Assembly (NCBI GenBank): GCA_965208325.1
Contig: OZ242326.1
Span: 672,001-736,000 of the forward strand
DNA length: 64,000 bases
Direction: 5' to 3'
Origin: Candidatus Poribacteria bacterium
GTDB taxonomy: Bacteria > Poribacteria > WGA-4E > PCPOR2b
The translations under genes and the position numbers were made by a program. This document shows, piece after piece, positions 29,992 through 39,859 of this stretch (its first letter is position 1; each line of letters begins with the position of its first letter). The notes under the pieces were generated by a model. It had not been told where the DNA came from, did no database searches, and saw nothing but the letters and a program-made list of their open reading frames with translations.

Positions 29992-31755
29992 TCACATCTC
30001 CTCAAGCGCTTCAATTCCCAATAACGCCAGGGAATTTCTGATGACAATCGCCGAGGCGCTTACTAACGCCAATCGGGCTGCCGCCAACGCAGCAGGTTCG
30101 GCGGCAAGTACAGGATGCCGGTGATAAAATTGATTCACGGCCCGCGCGGCGGTGAACACATGATTGCAGATACGAGCTAGGGTAAGCTCACCTGCGGCTT
30201 CTGCTACTACGTCCGGAAACTGAATTAACCCGCGAAGGAGTTCCAACTCTTCAGCGTTCCCGAGCAGCGAGAAATCCGGCTCAATAGCAGCGATGCCTCG
30301 ACCCTCTGACTTTCGCAGAATACTGGCACAGCGCGCATAGGCGTATTGACAATAGGGGCCCGTAAATCCGTCAAAGGAGATTGATTCTTTCGGCTCAAAG
30401 TTGATATCAAGTTCAGGGCGCGTGCGTAAAAGGTAGAATTTAATTGCAGCAAGGCCAATGGCATGCGCACGCTTGTGGATTTCTTCATGAGACAGTGTGC
30501 GGTCGGTATCACGCTTCCGAATCTCATCTTCTGCGAGTTGCCGCATCTCTTCAATCAAGTCGTCGGCATCGACCACCGTTCCTTCCCGCGATTTCATCTT
30601 GCCTTCCGGCAGATTAACCATACCGTAGGAGAGATGATAGCATCCATCCGCCCATTCAAAACCGAGCATATTGAGCAGCTTGAAAAGACATTGGAAGTGG
30701 TAATTTTGCTCAGTAGCAACGACGTAGATTGAGCGGTCCGGTTGATGGTCGTCGAACTTTAGCTTCGCTGTCCCCAAGTCCTGCGTGATGTAGACGCTTG
30801 TGCCGTCGTCACGCAGCAGCGTTACGACCTTCTGGCTCCCATCCTTCTCGGCGCCAAACTCATCAATAGGAAGTGGGGCTATGACTGCACCGCTTGCAGC
30901 TTCGTTGAACACGCCATCGTCCAATCCTACCTGAACGAGGTCTTTGCCAAGCGTGTAGGTGTTGGATTCGTAGTAGAATACGTCGAACGCAAAGCCTAGT
31001 TTTCGATAGGTATCCTCGTAACCGCTATACACCCATTGGTTCATCATCTCCCATAGATTAACGGTCGCAGGGTCGCCTGATTCCCATTTTAATAGCATCG
31101 CCTGCACTTCTTCTTGCAGCTGTGGATTCTGTTTGGCTTCCTGATCGTAGCGCACGTACCAATCGCCGACGAAGTGATCACCCTTCATGTTGGCAGATTC
31201 CGGCGTGTCTCCGTTCGCCCACTTACTCCACGCCAGCATGGATTTGCAGATATGCACCCCCCTATCGTTCACAAGGTTTGCTTTAATCACCGTGTGCCCT
31301 GCGGCTTCAAGCAGGTTGGAAACGCCCATACCGAGGACACCGTTTCGAATGTGCCCTAAATGCAACGGTTTGTTGGTGTTAGGCGACAGGTACTCGACCA
31401 TTACCCGACGACCGTTTCCCAAGTTGTTGTTGCCGAAGGCTTTTTTCTTTCGGATTTCAGTACACACGTCCCCAAACAGTAGGCTGTTGTGAAGTTTAAA
31501 ATTCACATACGGCCCATCGGCAGTTACGCTTTGAATTGATTCATTCGGCAGAATTTCCGCGGCAATGGATTGGGCAATGTTTGCAGGATTCTGCCGAAAC
31601 TGCTTCGCCAAGGGGAAACACTCGACCGCAAAATCTCCGAATTCGACGTTCGGGGGATAACTTAGATTTAGATTCTGGGGGCGCTGACCAAACACGGTTT
31701 TACAAGCGGCCTCTATCGCCGATAAAATCTCGGCTTTAATGTTGGCGATCGGCAT
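29992..31755 (-). CDS. argS: Arginine--tRNA ligase
   Basis: VEYLSPNTNKPLHLGHIRN (HIGH-like), GKMKSREG, GFTGPYCQYAYAR, LGIEALEEM. Confidence 0.97.
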   Translation of the reverse strand: MPIANIKAEILSAIEAACKTVFGQRPQNLNLSYPPNVEFGDFAVECFPLAKQFRQNPANIAQSIAAEILPNESIQSVTADGPYVNFKLHNSLLFGDVCTEIRKKKAFGNNNLGNGRRVMVEYLSPNTNKPLHLGHIRNGVLGMGVSNLLEAAGHTVIKANLVNDRGVHICKSMLAWSKWANGDTPESANMKGDHFVGDWYVRYDQEAKQNPQLQEEVQAMLLKWESGDPATVNLWEMMNQWVYSGYEDTYRKLGFAFDVFYYESNTYTLGKDLVQVGLDDGVFNEAASGAVIAPLPIDEFGAEKDGSQKVVTLLRDDGTSVYITQDLGTAKLKFDDHQPDRSIYVVATEQNYHFQCLFKLLNMLGFEWADGCYHLSYGMVNLPEGKMKSREGTVVDADDLIEEMRQLAEDEIRKRDTDRTLSHEEIHKRAHAIGLAAIKFYLLRTRPELDINFEPKESISFDGFTGPYCQYAYARCASILRKSEGRGIAAIEPDFSLLGNAEELELLRGLIQFPDVVAEAAGELTLARICNHVFTAARAVNQFYHRHPVLAAEPAALAAARLALVSASAIVIRNSLALLGIEALEEM

Positions 31756-32258
31756 CAGCCCTCACTTTCGTTTGTTGTATCAGTAGAAACAGGGTTTACG
31801 TCCTCGCCAAAATCGATATCGTTGTCCGCAAACGCATCAAAATCTTCATCGTACTCATCATAATCAACTTCGACCTCTACATCGGGTACTTCAATTGTAG
31901 GAGCTTCGCGCCAGAGTCGTTCAAGATTGTAATACTCACGCTTTTCATCCAAAAAGATGTGCACAACAAAATCGACATAGTCCAACAAAATCCAATCTGA
32001 CTTACGTTCGCCTTCTCGATGCCAAGGGCGTGCATCCCAATTGTCCTTCAACTTCTCCAAAACTGCTTCAGAAATTCCTTCCATTTGAATATCCGAGATG
32101 CCGCTGCATATCACGAAAAAATCTGTAAAGCCCGCCATGGCTCGCAAATCGAGAATCGAGGTATTGTGCGCCTTTCGGCTCAACGCAGCAGCTGCGGCAG
32201 CTTTCGCCATGTCCAGTGTGTTTTCTTCCACGTTGGCTCCTTTTCGAAGTGTTACCAT
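31755..32258 (-). CDS. rsfS: Ribosome silencing factor
   Basis: FTDFFVICSG, WILLDYVDFVVHIF, REYYNLERLW; acidic C-terminal tail. Confidence 0.93.
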   Translation of the reverse strand: MVTLRKGANVEENTLDMAKAAAAAALSRKAHNTSILDLRAMAGFTDFFVICSGISDIQMEGISEAVLEKLKDNWDARPWHREGERKSDWILLDYVDFVVHIFLDEKREYYNLERLWREAPTIEVPDVEVEVDYDEYDEDFDAFADNDIDFGEDVNPVSTDTTNESEG

Positions 32259-32283
32259 GAACAGTTTTCCGGATTCCTAAGAA

Positions 32284-32901
32284 TTATCCGGCGCTGCAGG
32301 TTTTTCGCAATGCGGCGTTGTAGGCGTCAATTGTGTTCGGGTGGATGGCCTTTCCTTTAATGAGCAGCTGCTCAATTTTGTAACGGCTGACTTCTAATAC
32401 CGCCCGGTTCAAATCTTGATAGGCCAATTTAAGGACGATATCCGCCTCTCTATAAGGGCGCTGCGGTTCAGCAAAATCGGCGACGTACAATATCGCGTCG
32501 ATAAGCGTCATTGCGCCACTGCCGGTAGTGTGCAGGCGAATGGCGCTGAGAATTTCAGGATGGTCGATGCCAAAACGCTTAACGGCCAGCTCCGCACCGA
32601 TGCGCGCATGCAAAATCGATGGGTTGGCACGCTCAATGACTTCAAGATGAAGTCCGAAATGCGCTGCGGATTTGAACAATTGCTCGGCACTCATCCATTT
32701 TGCGCAATCGTGCAGCAGTGCGGCAAAATTTAACTTTTGTAAATCGGCAGAATATCTTCTCGCCAAATCAACTGCCGTGTCACGTACAGAAAGGACGTGC
32801 ACATAACGTCTTGGCTGGAGTTTCTCTTTGAGGTAACGCTGGATTTCAATGGTCTTAGGGTTTTCCAGCGAATCGCTGTCCGCGCCGACATCTTTATTCA
32901 T
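32284..32901 (-). CDS. yqeK: Ap4A hydrolase YqeK (HD domain)
   Basis: RYVHVLSV, LLHDCAK, HTTG, YVADFAEP.R; between nadD and rsfS. Confidence 0.9.
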   Translation of the reverse strand: MNKDVGADSDSLENPKTIEIQRYLKEKLQPRRYVHVLSVRDTAVDLARRYSADLQKLNFAALLHDCAKWMSAEQLFKSAAHFGLHLEVIERANPSILHARIGAELAVKRFGIDHPEILSAIRLHTTGSGAMTLIDAILYVADFAEPQRPYREADIVLKLAYQDLNRAVLEVSRYKIEQLLIKGKAIHPNTIDAYNAALRKTCSAG

Positions 32902-33145
32902 CGTTACTGTTAATGTCGTCTACTCTTCCCGCCTTTGACAGGAATTGCGAGAATGCCTCCCGCTCTTCATTCGTCATAGCTTGTAAACTGGGCAATGGTG
33001 TGCTAATTTTGTACTCCTCGTTGAACCATTTGCCTAAGTCAATAGATTTACAACGAGAACTACAGAAAGGAAAGTGGGGCGGCAACTCTTTACCGTTATC
33101 ATCAAATTCGTAGGATTCGCCACAGATACTGCATCGGAGGGTCAA
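32894..33145 (-). CDS. yacG: DNA gyrase inhibitor YacG
   Basis: CSICG...FPFCSSRCKSIDLGKWFNEEYKI. Confidence 0.88.
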   Translation of the reverse strand: MTLRCSICGESYEFDDNGKELPPHFPFCSSRCKSIDLGKWFNEEYKISTPLPSLQAMTNEEREAFSQFLSKAGRVDDINSNDE

Positions 33146-33155
33146 TCTGCATCAC

Positions 33156-33737
33156 CTATCTGTAAAGTTCATGTTGAAAAATGTAGTCTTCTACAGTATG
33201 GGGCACTAGGTATCGGATAGAACGTCTTTCCCGAACACGCTCGCGAATTTCGGACGCTGAAATATTGAGACCGGTAATCGAGTAAACCTGGACGCGGTTG
33301 TGAATGTTAGGAAGCGCTTCGTCCATACAGTAGTTAGGCCGCGTGGTTGCAATGAAATGGCAGGTCTCGAGCAACTCATCAAAATCCTTCCAGATTGTGA
33401 ATTCAATAAGCGAGTCCGCGCCAATAATCCACGCGAGTTGGCACGCGTCCCCGTAAATTGATTGCAACTCCTTTATGGTCTGAATTGCGTAGGATGCGCC
33501 GTTGCGATCCAATTCAATCCGCGAGACCTCAAAATCAGGGTTGTCTTTTATCGCCAACTGGGTCATCTGATAGCGATGTTCAGGATCGATGATGTCCCAA
33601 GGTTCTTTATGAGGTGGACGCGCAGATGGGATAAAGAGAACCTTGTCGTAACCTAATCCATCGCGCACCTGCTCTGCACTCAGCAAGTGGGCGTTATGAA
33701 TGGGGTTAAACGTGCCTCCCATAATAGCAATTTTCAT
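33156..33737 (-). CDS. nadD: Nicotinate-nucleotide adenylyltransferase
   Basis: GGTFNPIHNAHL, PPHK, WIIGADS, ISASEIR. Confidence 0.96.
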   Translation of the reverse strand: MKIAIMGGTFNPIHNAHLLSAEQVRDGLGYDKVLFIPSARPPHKEPWDIIDPEHRYQMTQLAIKDNPDFEVSRIELDRNGASYAIQTIKELQSIYGDACQLAWIIGADSLIEFTIWKDFDELLETCHFIATTRPNYCMDEALPNIHNRVQVYSITGLNISASEIRERVRERRSIRYLVPHTVEDYIFQHELYR

Positions 33738-33944
33738 GATGGCAGTTACGATTCGATCGGGTACGGTACGGTTTACGCCTATACTGAAGGTTCTTTAATA
33801 ATGTCATTTTCCCGATTGAATTATACTTACTGTGTGAACACATGTCAATAAGAAACCTAACCCTTCGCTGCCGCATAGCGAGATTGTAAGGGCAGCGGGT
33901 TGATTGATTGATGGCTTTTCTTGGGCTGTTCCCGTGTTCCAATC

Positions 33945-34901
33945 TCACACCGGACCACGCTTCTCATTTTCCCGCCTTTTTACGCTAGCTGGAAATCGAT
34001 TGACAAGATAGATACCAAGCACAACCAAAGGTGTCCCAATGCCGAGGCCGTGGGTTAATGGCTCCTTAAGGAGTACGTAGCTGAGCGCGATTCCCCAGAG
34101 CGGCGTTGTAAAAAACAGGACGGCGACCCGGCTGGGAGGGTAGTATTTCAGCACCAGAGTCCACGCAACAAGACAGAAACCCGCAACCACCGCACCCTGA
34201 TACAAAACGGCAAACAATGCGGGATTAGAAAATCCATAGCCGACTTTCCCTTCGAAAATTGCACTCAATATGAAAAAACACGGTATCCCCACCGCCATCT
34301 GGGAGGTAAGTAATCGATATGGGTGAATCGACTGAACCAGCCGATTTGTCAGAGTAATTAGTAGACCAAGCTGGAATCCGCTTAGAAGCGTTAGCAAATC
34401 GCCGGCGAGATGTCCGCTCGTGTCACCGATTAGGTTGTCACGAAAGACAATCAAAATTCCACTAAATGCGACGATTAATCCCACGGTTTTCCATCGACCC
34501 AACCTATCTCCCGGAACGATGAAATGTGAGACGATGGCGACAAAGAATGGATGCGTGTTGACGAAGACTACCGACCGCCCTGCGTGCGTGAGGTTCGTAC
34601 CCCAATTTAAGCAGGTTGTTTGCCCGGTAAATAGGAGTCCGAATAGGAGCAACCGCAAGAGTTCGTCCGTCTTAGGTTTCAGAGACACTCCTTGTGAGGT
34701 TGCCCATAACGCGATAACGAACAACCCAATCGAATACCTTAATCCTGCCAGAGCGAACGGCGCGAATTGCTGAAGTCCAACCTTAATCGAAACGGAAATG
34801 CCGCCCCAAAGCAGCGCCAAAAATAGCACGAACAACACTACTTTTACCGGAACATCGACTTCACCGGTTTTTTGATTCGATTTTGGCCGCATCCATTTCA
34901 C
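33945..34901 (-). CDS. DMT/EamA family transporter
   Basis: Two EamA repeats, about 10 TM helices (LALLWG, LAGLR, GDLLTL, LLKEPL). Confidence 0.9.
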   Translation of the reverse strand: MKWMRPKSNQKTGEVDVPVKVVLFVLFLALLWGGISVSIKVGLQQFAPFALAGLRYSIGLFVIALWATSQGVSLKPKTDELLRLLLFGLLFTGQTTCLNWGTNLTHAGRSVVFVNTHPFFVAIVSHFIVPGDRLGRWKTVGLIVAFSGILIVFRDNLIGDTSGHLAGDLLTLLSGFQLGLLITLTNRLVQSIHPYRLLTSQMAVGIPCFFILSAIFEGKVGYGFSNPALFAVLYQGAVVAGFCLVAWTLVLKYYPPSRVAVLFFTTPLWGIALSYVLLKEPLTHGLGIGTPLVVLGIYLVNRFPASVKRRENEKRGPV

Positions 34902-34985
34902 TATTTACAATGAGCTCCTTACCTTGGTTCTATTATTTGCAAGTTCAGTCAGTATCAGTGGATTGTCCACGTACCGAATAAATTC

Positions 34986-35549
34986 CTATGGAAACTCTTC
35001 TGTCTCACGCAATTTGGCTTCCGATGAACAATCGTTCTTCGATTCTTGGTCGATTTCAAAATGTATTTCTGCAAGGTTGGGAAGTAACAATATGTATGCG
35101 TCTTCGCCGTCGTCCGGATAATATTTCCGGCGAATGTCGGCAATCTCAAAACCAAACTGCCGATAAAGGTTTAACGCCGGCAGATTACTGGTACGCACCT
35201 CCAAGAAGACTGTTCTTCCGCCCTTTTCCCTAATGTGCTCTAGCGATCGCGCGAGTAGGTATTTGCCAACATTTTGGCGGCGGTAAGCTGGAGACACCGC
35301 GAAGTTTGTGATATGAACGTAATCCTCAACTATTAAAAAGTTAATAAATGCAATCGGCGCGCCTTTAGCGCGAGCGACGAGAAAATGGCAGTGTGGATTC
35401 GTCCGGTTTGCGCCCTGCGTAAAGGCAATCTCTGGCCAAGGGAAAGTAAATGATTGGCGTTCAATCTCCAACACAATCGGAAGATCGCTTTGCTGCATAT
35501 GATTAATTTGAATGTCGATTGGAGGTAGATTTACGTTGACAACTTTCAA
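34986..35549 (-). CDS. rimI: Ribosomal protein S18 alanine N-acetyltransferase
   Basis: IERQSFTFPW, NFAVSPAYRRQNVG, FLEVRTSN.PA.NLY..FGF, RRKYY...EDA. Confidence 0.9.
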   Translation of the reverse strand: MKVVNVNLPPIDIQINHMQQSDLPIVLEIERQSFTFPWPEIAFTQGANRTNPHCHFLVARAKGAPIAFINFLIVEDYVHITNFAVSPAYRRQNVGKYLLARSLEHIREKGGRTVFLEVRTSNLPALNLYRQFGFEIADIRRKYYPDDGEDAYILLLPNLAEIHFEIDQESKNDCSSEAKLRETEEFP

Positions 35550-35930
35550 CTTGGGGTTCTATCCTATTTCAGCCTTGATTCGCCTCGCCGAACGCTCAAT
35601 CTCACTGCTTCATTGTAGCCCCAAGATGTCCTCCTGTCAATCCTGTTATGCAGAGTTGTTAACACGGTAAACGATGGAAATGCTTGACAGACAGACGATA
35701 TAGAAACTAAAATTTGGTGAATGCGAATGCGTTCAGAAAGATAGGCTGACCAAAGCAAATTCTAGCGTTCGATTCGTTATCTCCACGGCATAATAACATC
35801 CAAATTACTCAGAGAGGGATAATTGCAATTTGGGTTGTAATTAATCATGATTTCTCCGGGAATTCCCCCTGTATCTGGAATTGTCAAAAAAGGAGCGTGG
35901 GTTTAATTTACTAATAAAAAGGTAACCAAT

Positions 35931-36674
35931 ATGACACCTACACCTGTCCTAGTGTCTTGGTCATCAGGTAAAGACTCCGCATGGGCGCTCTACACGCTGC
36001 GCAATCAGCCAGAACGTTATGACGTCCGCGGAATATTTACTACGATAACTAGAACATTTGATAGGGTTTCAATTCATTCTACACCATCGTGGATTTTAGA
36101 GCAGCAAGCCCAGAGATTGGACCTACCGCTGTACGAGATTCCTATCCCGTATCCCTGCTCTAACTCACAGTATGAGTCCGCAATGAGAGCGTTCCTTAAT
36201 CAAATTCAGGAACTGCCCGCGGATATCGCCGCGTCACATCTTGCATTTGGAGACCTCTTCCTAGAGGACATTCGGAAGTATCGCGAGGATAAACTGCGCG
36301 GGACGGGCTTCACACCGATTTTCCCTGTATGGGGGCAAGACACCACGCTACTTGCTCGAAGGATGATTGAGTCGAGAATGCGGGCGATTGTTACTGCGCT
36401 TAATCCAACCATGATACCAGCAGAGTTCGCCGGCAGATGGTTCGATTCCAACTTTCTAGCGGACTTACCGGAGGAAGTAGACCCGCTTGGCGAGAACGGA
36501 GAGTTTCATACGTGTGTCGTTGATGGTCCGATGTTCAGCAGCGCTATTCCAGCCAAACCCGGAAGAATTGTAGAGCGAAAAATTGCCGCCGCGTCAAATG
36601 AAGGTGATGACCTTGACAACGCCGGCAATGACTCTCCGGCGTACGTCTACGCTGACGTAATTCCATTGACCTAA
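35931..36674 (+). CDS. PP-loop ATPase, MJ0570/Dph6 (DUF71)-like
   Basis: VSWSSGKDS, AFGDLFLEDIRKYRE, VDPLGENGEFHT. Confidence 0.88.
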   Translation: MTPTPVLVSWSSGKDSAWALYTLRNQPERYDVRGIFTTITRTFDRVSIHSTPSWILEQQAQRLDLPLYEIPIPYPCSNSQYESAMRAFLNQIQELPADIAASHLAFGDLFLEDIRKYREDKLRGTGFTPIFPVWGQDTTLLARRMIESRMRAIVTALNPTMIPAEFAGRWFDSNFLADLPEEVDPLGENGEFHTCVVDGPMFSSAIPAKPGRIVERKIAAASNEGDDLDNAGNDSPAYVYADVIPLT

Positions 36675-36825
36675 TGCTTTCCTACCAAATTCCGCAACAA
36701 GCTGTTGCTCCAAGCCGCCATTGTCTGATCTGAAACTTAGGAAGGCAACACGTATCGTATGAACCTCCGTTGGTTTTGTCCACGGATTGCCGCGTATTGG
36801 TAACGAAGAACATTCCCTCGCGATA

Positions 36826-38706
36826 TTAGTTTTGTGGGGGGATTACGGTCGACAATGTCTCGATGAGTTCGTCTAGGTACACGTGCCGAAAGAACTCTGA
36901 AAGCCGCTTCTGTCTCGGTTTCATCGGGAGCAATAAAAAATCGGAACGGCTAACTTGGATGGTTTCAAATACCATGCGGTAGGCGTGACTTGTGGCGTAG
37001 CCAACAACCAGCGCATAATAGTCGGCATATTTATCGAGATAGGCGTTGAACCTATCGGCGCCCAACTGGATTTGCGCGATGTTTCTGGGAGACAACTGGA
37101 AATCGTAGCGCACGACGGGTTCTTCAGTTTCAAATTCTTCAGGTACTGGCCCGTAAAGCCCCGAAAGCGTAACCTTGTGAATCTCCTGTTGATTCTCTCC
37201 AAAAGCCGCTTGAAGCCTAGTGTTGATGATAGCGTGTGTACGAGACAGCGAATACGGCTTTTTCCCCGCACAGGGTATTGACAAAAGAACCTTCGTGTCC
37301 CTAGGGGGTACATAACTATCTGGAATGACAAAGGAATCTGGTGTGTAATTCAGCGAGAGGCTCCTCGCTTCTTGGCTCGTAGTCTGGAAGAGTTCCAGTT
37401 GATTGGGGTTCCTCTTACCGGCGCGCCGGTTTTCTGAGGTAGGGGCTGCCGCAATCGTTCTCGCCATTCGGCTGGCAAAAGATTCATCGTTCGCCATCAA
37501 CCAGTCGATAGCCGCACGTATGCCGCGGCCAGATGAGGCATGCCGGCATATTTCTTCCAGCGCATCATCGGCTTCAATCGCACGTTTCATGCGTGACAGC
37601 AACTCTGTTTCCAACTCGAGATTGTGCAAGGCGATCGCCGCATAATATTCGCTCTTATATTTTCCGGTCGAGGTCCGTTTATAGCTTGCCGCTTCCATTA
37701 AGGCGCCCTGCATCTCATCAAGCGAAACCTCGCTGCATATTCGGCACGTACAAGTTAGCTCATCCAACTCCATTAGTTTTCGCTTTGCTCGGGTCAATGG
37801 ATCCGCATAGTTGAGGCCGCGCGCCGACTGAATGTAGCTTGTGCTGTCAAAGCTATCAATTCCCATGTATGCCAGGATAGGCGCGAGTTCGCCTGAGACC
37901 CCGAATGCGTGGATGGGCGTATGCGGGCGTGCTGAATCCGGAATTGCCCTTTGAACCCCGCAGATTCGTTCGAGCACCTCCGAATCCTGCTTCCCGCGCA
38001 GCGGCACTAAGGAGCCGATCGCAAGCCCGAATGCGGGCAGCACGCCCGTAAGACGGTCAAAAACCCTTTTGACATAATCTTCAATATCCGACTGAGACTG
38101 CCCATGGCAGCATACGTATAAAAAGGGCGGTTGCGCTTTGGTTGAGAGCAAAGTTCCTACGCGGCAGGCGTTCTCCAAACTGAGGCTCATCCGTTTTTCG
38201 GCTTCCGAGCGTTCTAACCCCGGCGGTAACGGATAATCTAAGGAAGCGAAGATTTCTCCGCCAACGTCCTCTTGGAGCGCAAGAATATCATCGGCTTCGG
38301 TCTCTTTTTCAATACCAAATTCCGTCAGGTCCAACCCCGCGTTGTAAAGCAGCTTAAATCCGCCGGAGTCGAGAAACAGCGGGGCATTGTAGGCACCGTT
38401 TACCTCTTGGTACCATTCACGAATGGATTTATTTCGCCACTTCGCTAAGATTTTGCCATTGATGGGAAAGTCTAGAAAGTGGAGGACTTGTGATAACATC
38501 GGCGTGTCGCGCTTCATTAAATCACGGAGCAGATATTTCCATAGTCCGCCGCCGCGCGGAGTAGAGCCGGTCATAAATGAAACCACCGGATACAAAATCG
38601 GTGTTGACAGTGGTGATAAAACTTCGCCATTCCGTAGCAATTGAAGTTCGCCAATTCTGCCGTTTTTTCTTTGAACAATCGTATGGTAGGTTGGGGTTGC
38701 GGTCAT
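36826..38706 (-). CDS. tRNA/DNA-guanine transglycosylase (TGT/DpdA-like) fused to an ArcS-motif (DUF5591-like) domain
   Basis: FLDSGGF, LDYP, GLAIGSLVP, IHAFG, GIDSFDSTSY, CTCRIC...LHNL Zn site; C-terminal PCAGKKPYSLSRTH and LSGLYGPVP. Confidence 0.88.
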   Translation of the reverse strand: MTATPTYHTIVQRKNGRIGELQLLRNGEVLSPLSTPILYPVVSFMTGSTPRGGGLWKYLLRDLMKRDTPMLSQVLHFLDFPINGKILAKWRNKSIREWYQEVNGAYNAPLFLDSGGFKLLYNAGLDLTEFGIEKETEADDILALQEDVGGEIFASLDYPLPPGLERSEAEKRMSLSLENACRVGTLLSTKAQPPFLYVCCHGQSQSDIEDYVKRVFDRLTGVLPAFGLAIGSLVPLRGKQDSEVLERICGVQRAIPDSARPHTPIHAFGVSGELAPILAYMGIDSFDSTSYIQSARGLNYADPLTRAKRKLMELDELTCTCRICSEVSLDEMQGALMEAASYKRTSTGKYKSEYYAAIALHNLELETELLSRMKRAIEADDALEEICRHASSGRGIRAAIDWLMANDESFASRMARTIAAAPTSENRRAGKRNPNQLELFQTTSQEARSLSLNYTPDSFVIPDSYVPPRDTKVLLSIPCAGKKPYSLSRTHAIINTRLQAAFGENQQEIHKVTLSGLYGPVPEEFETEEPVVRYDFQLSPRNIAQIQLGADRFNAYLDKYADYYALVVGYATSHAYRMVFETIQVSRSDFLLLPMKPRQKRLSEFFRHVYLDELIETLSTVIPPQN

Positions 38707-38938
38707 AGTAGGACGTTTTTATAACAGTGCATTAAAGGGTAAGGACGCAACGGAATTGGACGGTAATTTTTTACACTGGCGAATCACAAGGTAAACACGC
38801 GGTTAGGTGCGTTTTTCATATGGAGAATTTAAAATCACTTGCGCAATTTAGCGTCGGCGAACTTGCGGGATGCGCACAAGTAAAGACAACGGTCATGTTG
38901 CGGGGCGATGGGCGTCGTTAAGATGGCACGCTCGCCCT

Positions 38939-39748
38939 CTATCGTCTCACTGACTGCGTTGGACTCAGGAACGGGGTTTTGAGCATGCCCCAAACTGTCT
39001 GCCATTGAAATTCATCGAATTCAGATAGCCCTAGTTCAATGCTCCTCGGCTGCTCTTTCAATCGAACCGTTCTTGCGACTCGATCCCAGACTGAAAAGAT
39101 GCTCGAATAGTTAGAGTCGGTTTCCGGCTGAAATCGGGAGTGATGCACGCGGTGCATATTGGGAGAGACGAGTAACGCTCGAAGGCAGCGATCGTATTTT
39201 TCAGGCAAGTTAACGTTGCTATGATGGAATTGTATCACCGGGAGAAGAATCAGCTCATACAGGATGACTTGCCACAAGTCTAGTCCTATCAAAGGGATGA
39301 CCCCAAGCCTCAAGATTGACGAGATTACCAGTTCGCCGGTGTGAAAACGCGTGGCGGTCGTCACATCCATGTTGGGGTCGCTGTGATGCATTCGATGGAA
39401 ACGCCAAAGGAATGGAATAGCATGATTGGCGCGGTGCCACAAATACATCCAGCTGTCAAACACTAGAATGGCAATTAACGTCTCTGCCCAGATTGGCAAA
39501 TTCAAAGCGTGCAACAATCCGATGCCGCGTTCATGGCTCCAGCCAGCAACCATGGCGGTCAAGCCGGAAAAGGCAAATCCGATAATCGCCGTGTTTATTA
39601 TGGCAATCGACAGGTTGCGTCCAGCGTGCCGAACCCGATGTCGGCGTTCCCGGAACAGCGGCAGCCAAGTTTCTACACACCAAAGAATCAGTAAAACAGC
39701 GATTCCCAATAGCGTCTTGGTCCCGCTAAGCGTTGCTGCGAAATCCAT
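38939..39748 (-). CDS. Sterol desaturase / fatty acid hydroxylase family protein
   Basis: His boxes YLWHRANH, WRFHRMHHSD, FHHSN, HRVHHS. Confidence 0.92.
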   Translation of the reverse strand: MDFAATLSGTKTLLGIAVLLILWCVETWLPLFRERRHRVRHAGRNLSIAIINTAIIGFAFSGLTAMVAGWSHERGIGLLHALNLPIWAETLIAILVFDSWMYLWHRANHAIPFLWRFHRMHHSDPNMDVTTATRFHTGELVISSILRLGVIPLIGLDLWQVILYELILLPVIQFHHSNVNLPEKYDRCLRALLVSPNMHRVHHSRFQPETDSNYSSIFSVWDRVARTVRLKEQPRSIELGLSEFDEFQWQTVWGMLKTPFLSPTQSVRR

Positions 39749-39859
39749 TTTCCTACCCTAAGGTTGAGCCCAAGCCTATCTGTGCGTGCTCGCCGTTCTA
39801 TTCGGTCATATGATTCGCACCGAAAAGTAAAGTGCAATGGGTTGTGGTATGACCTATTT

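Noticed and set aside
38707..38935. preQ1 riboswitch upstream of the TGT-like gene
   Set aside because: An A-rich tract is present, but no P1 stem with the conserved loop could be formed
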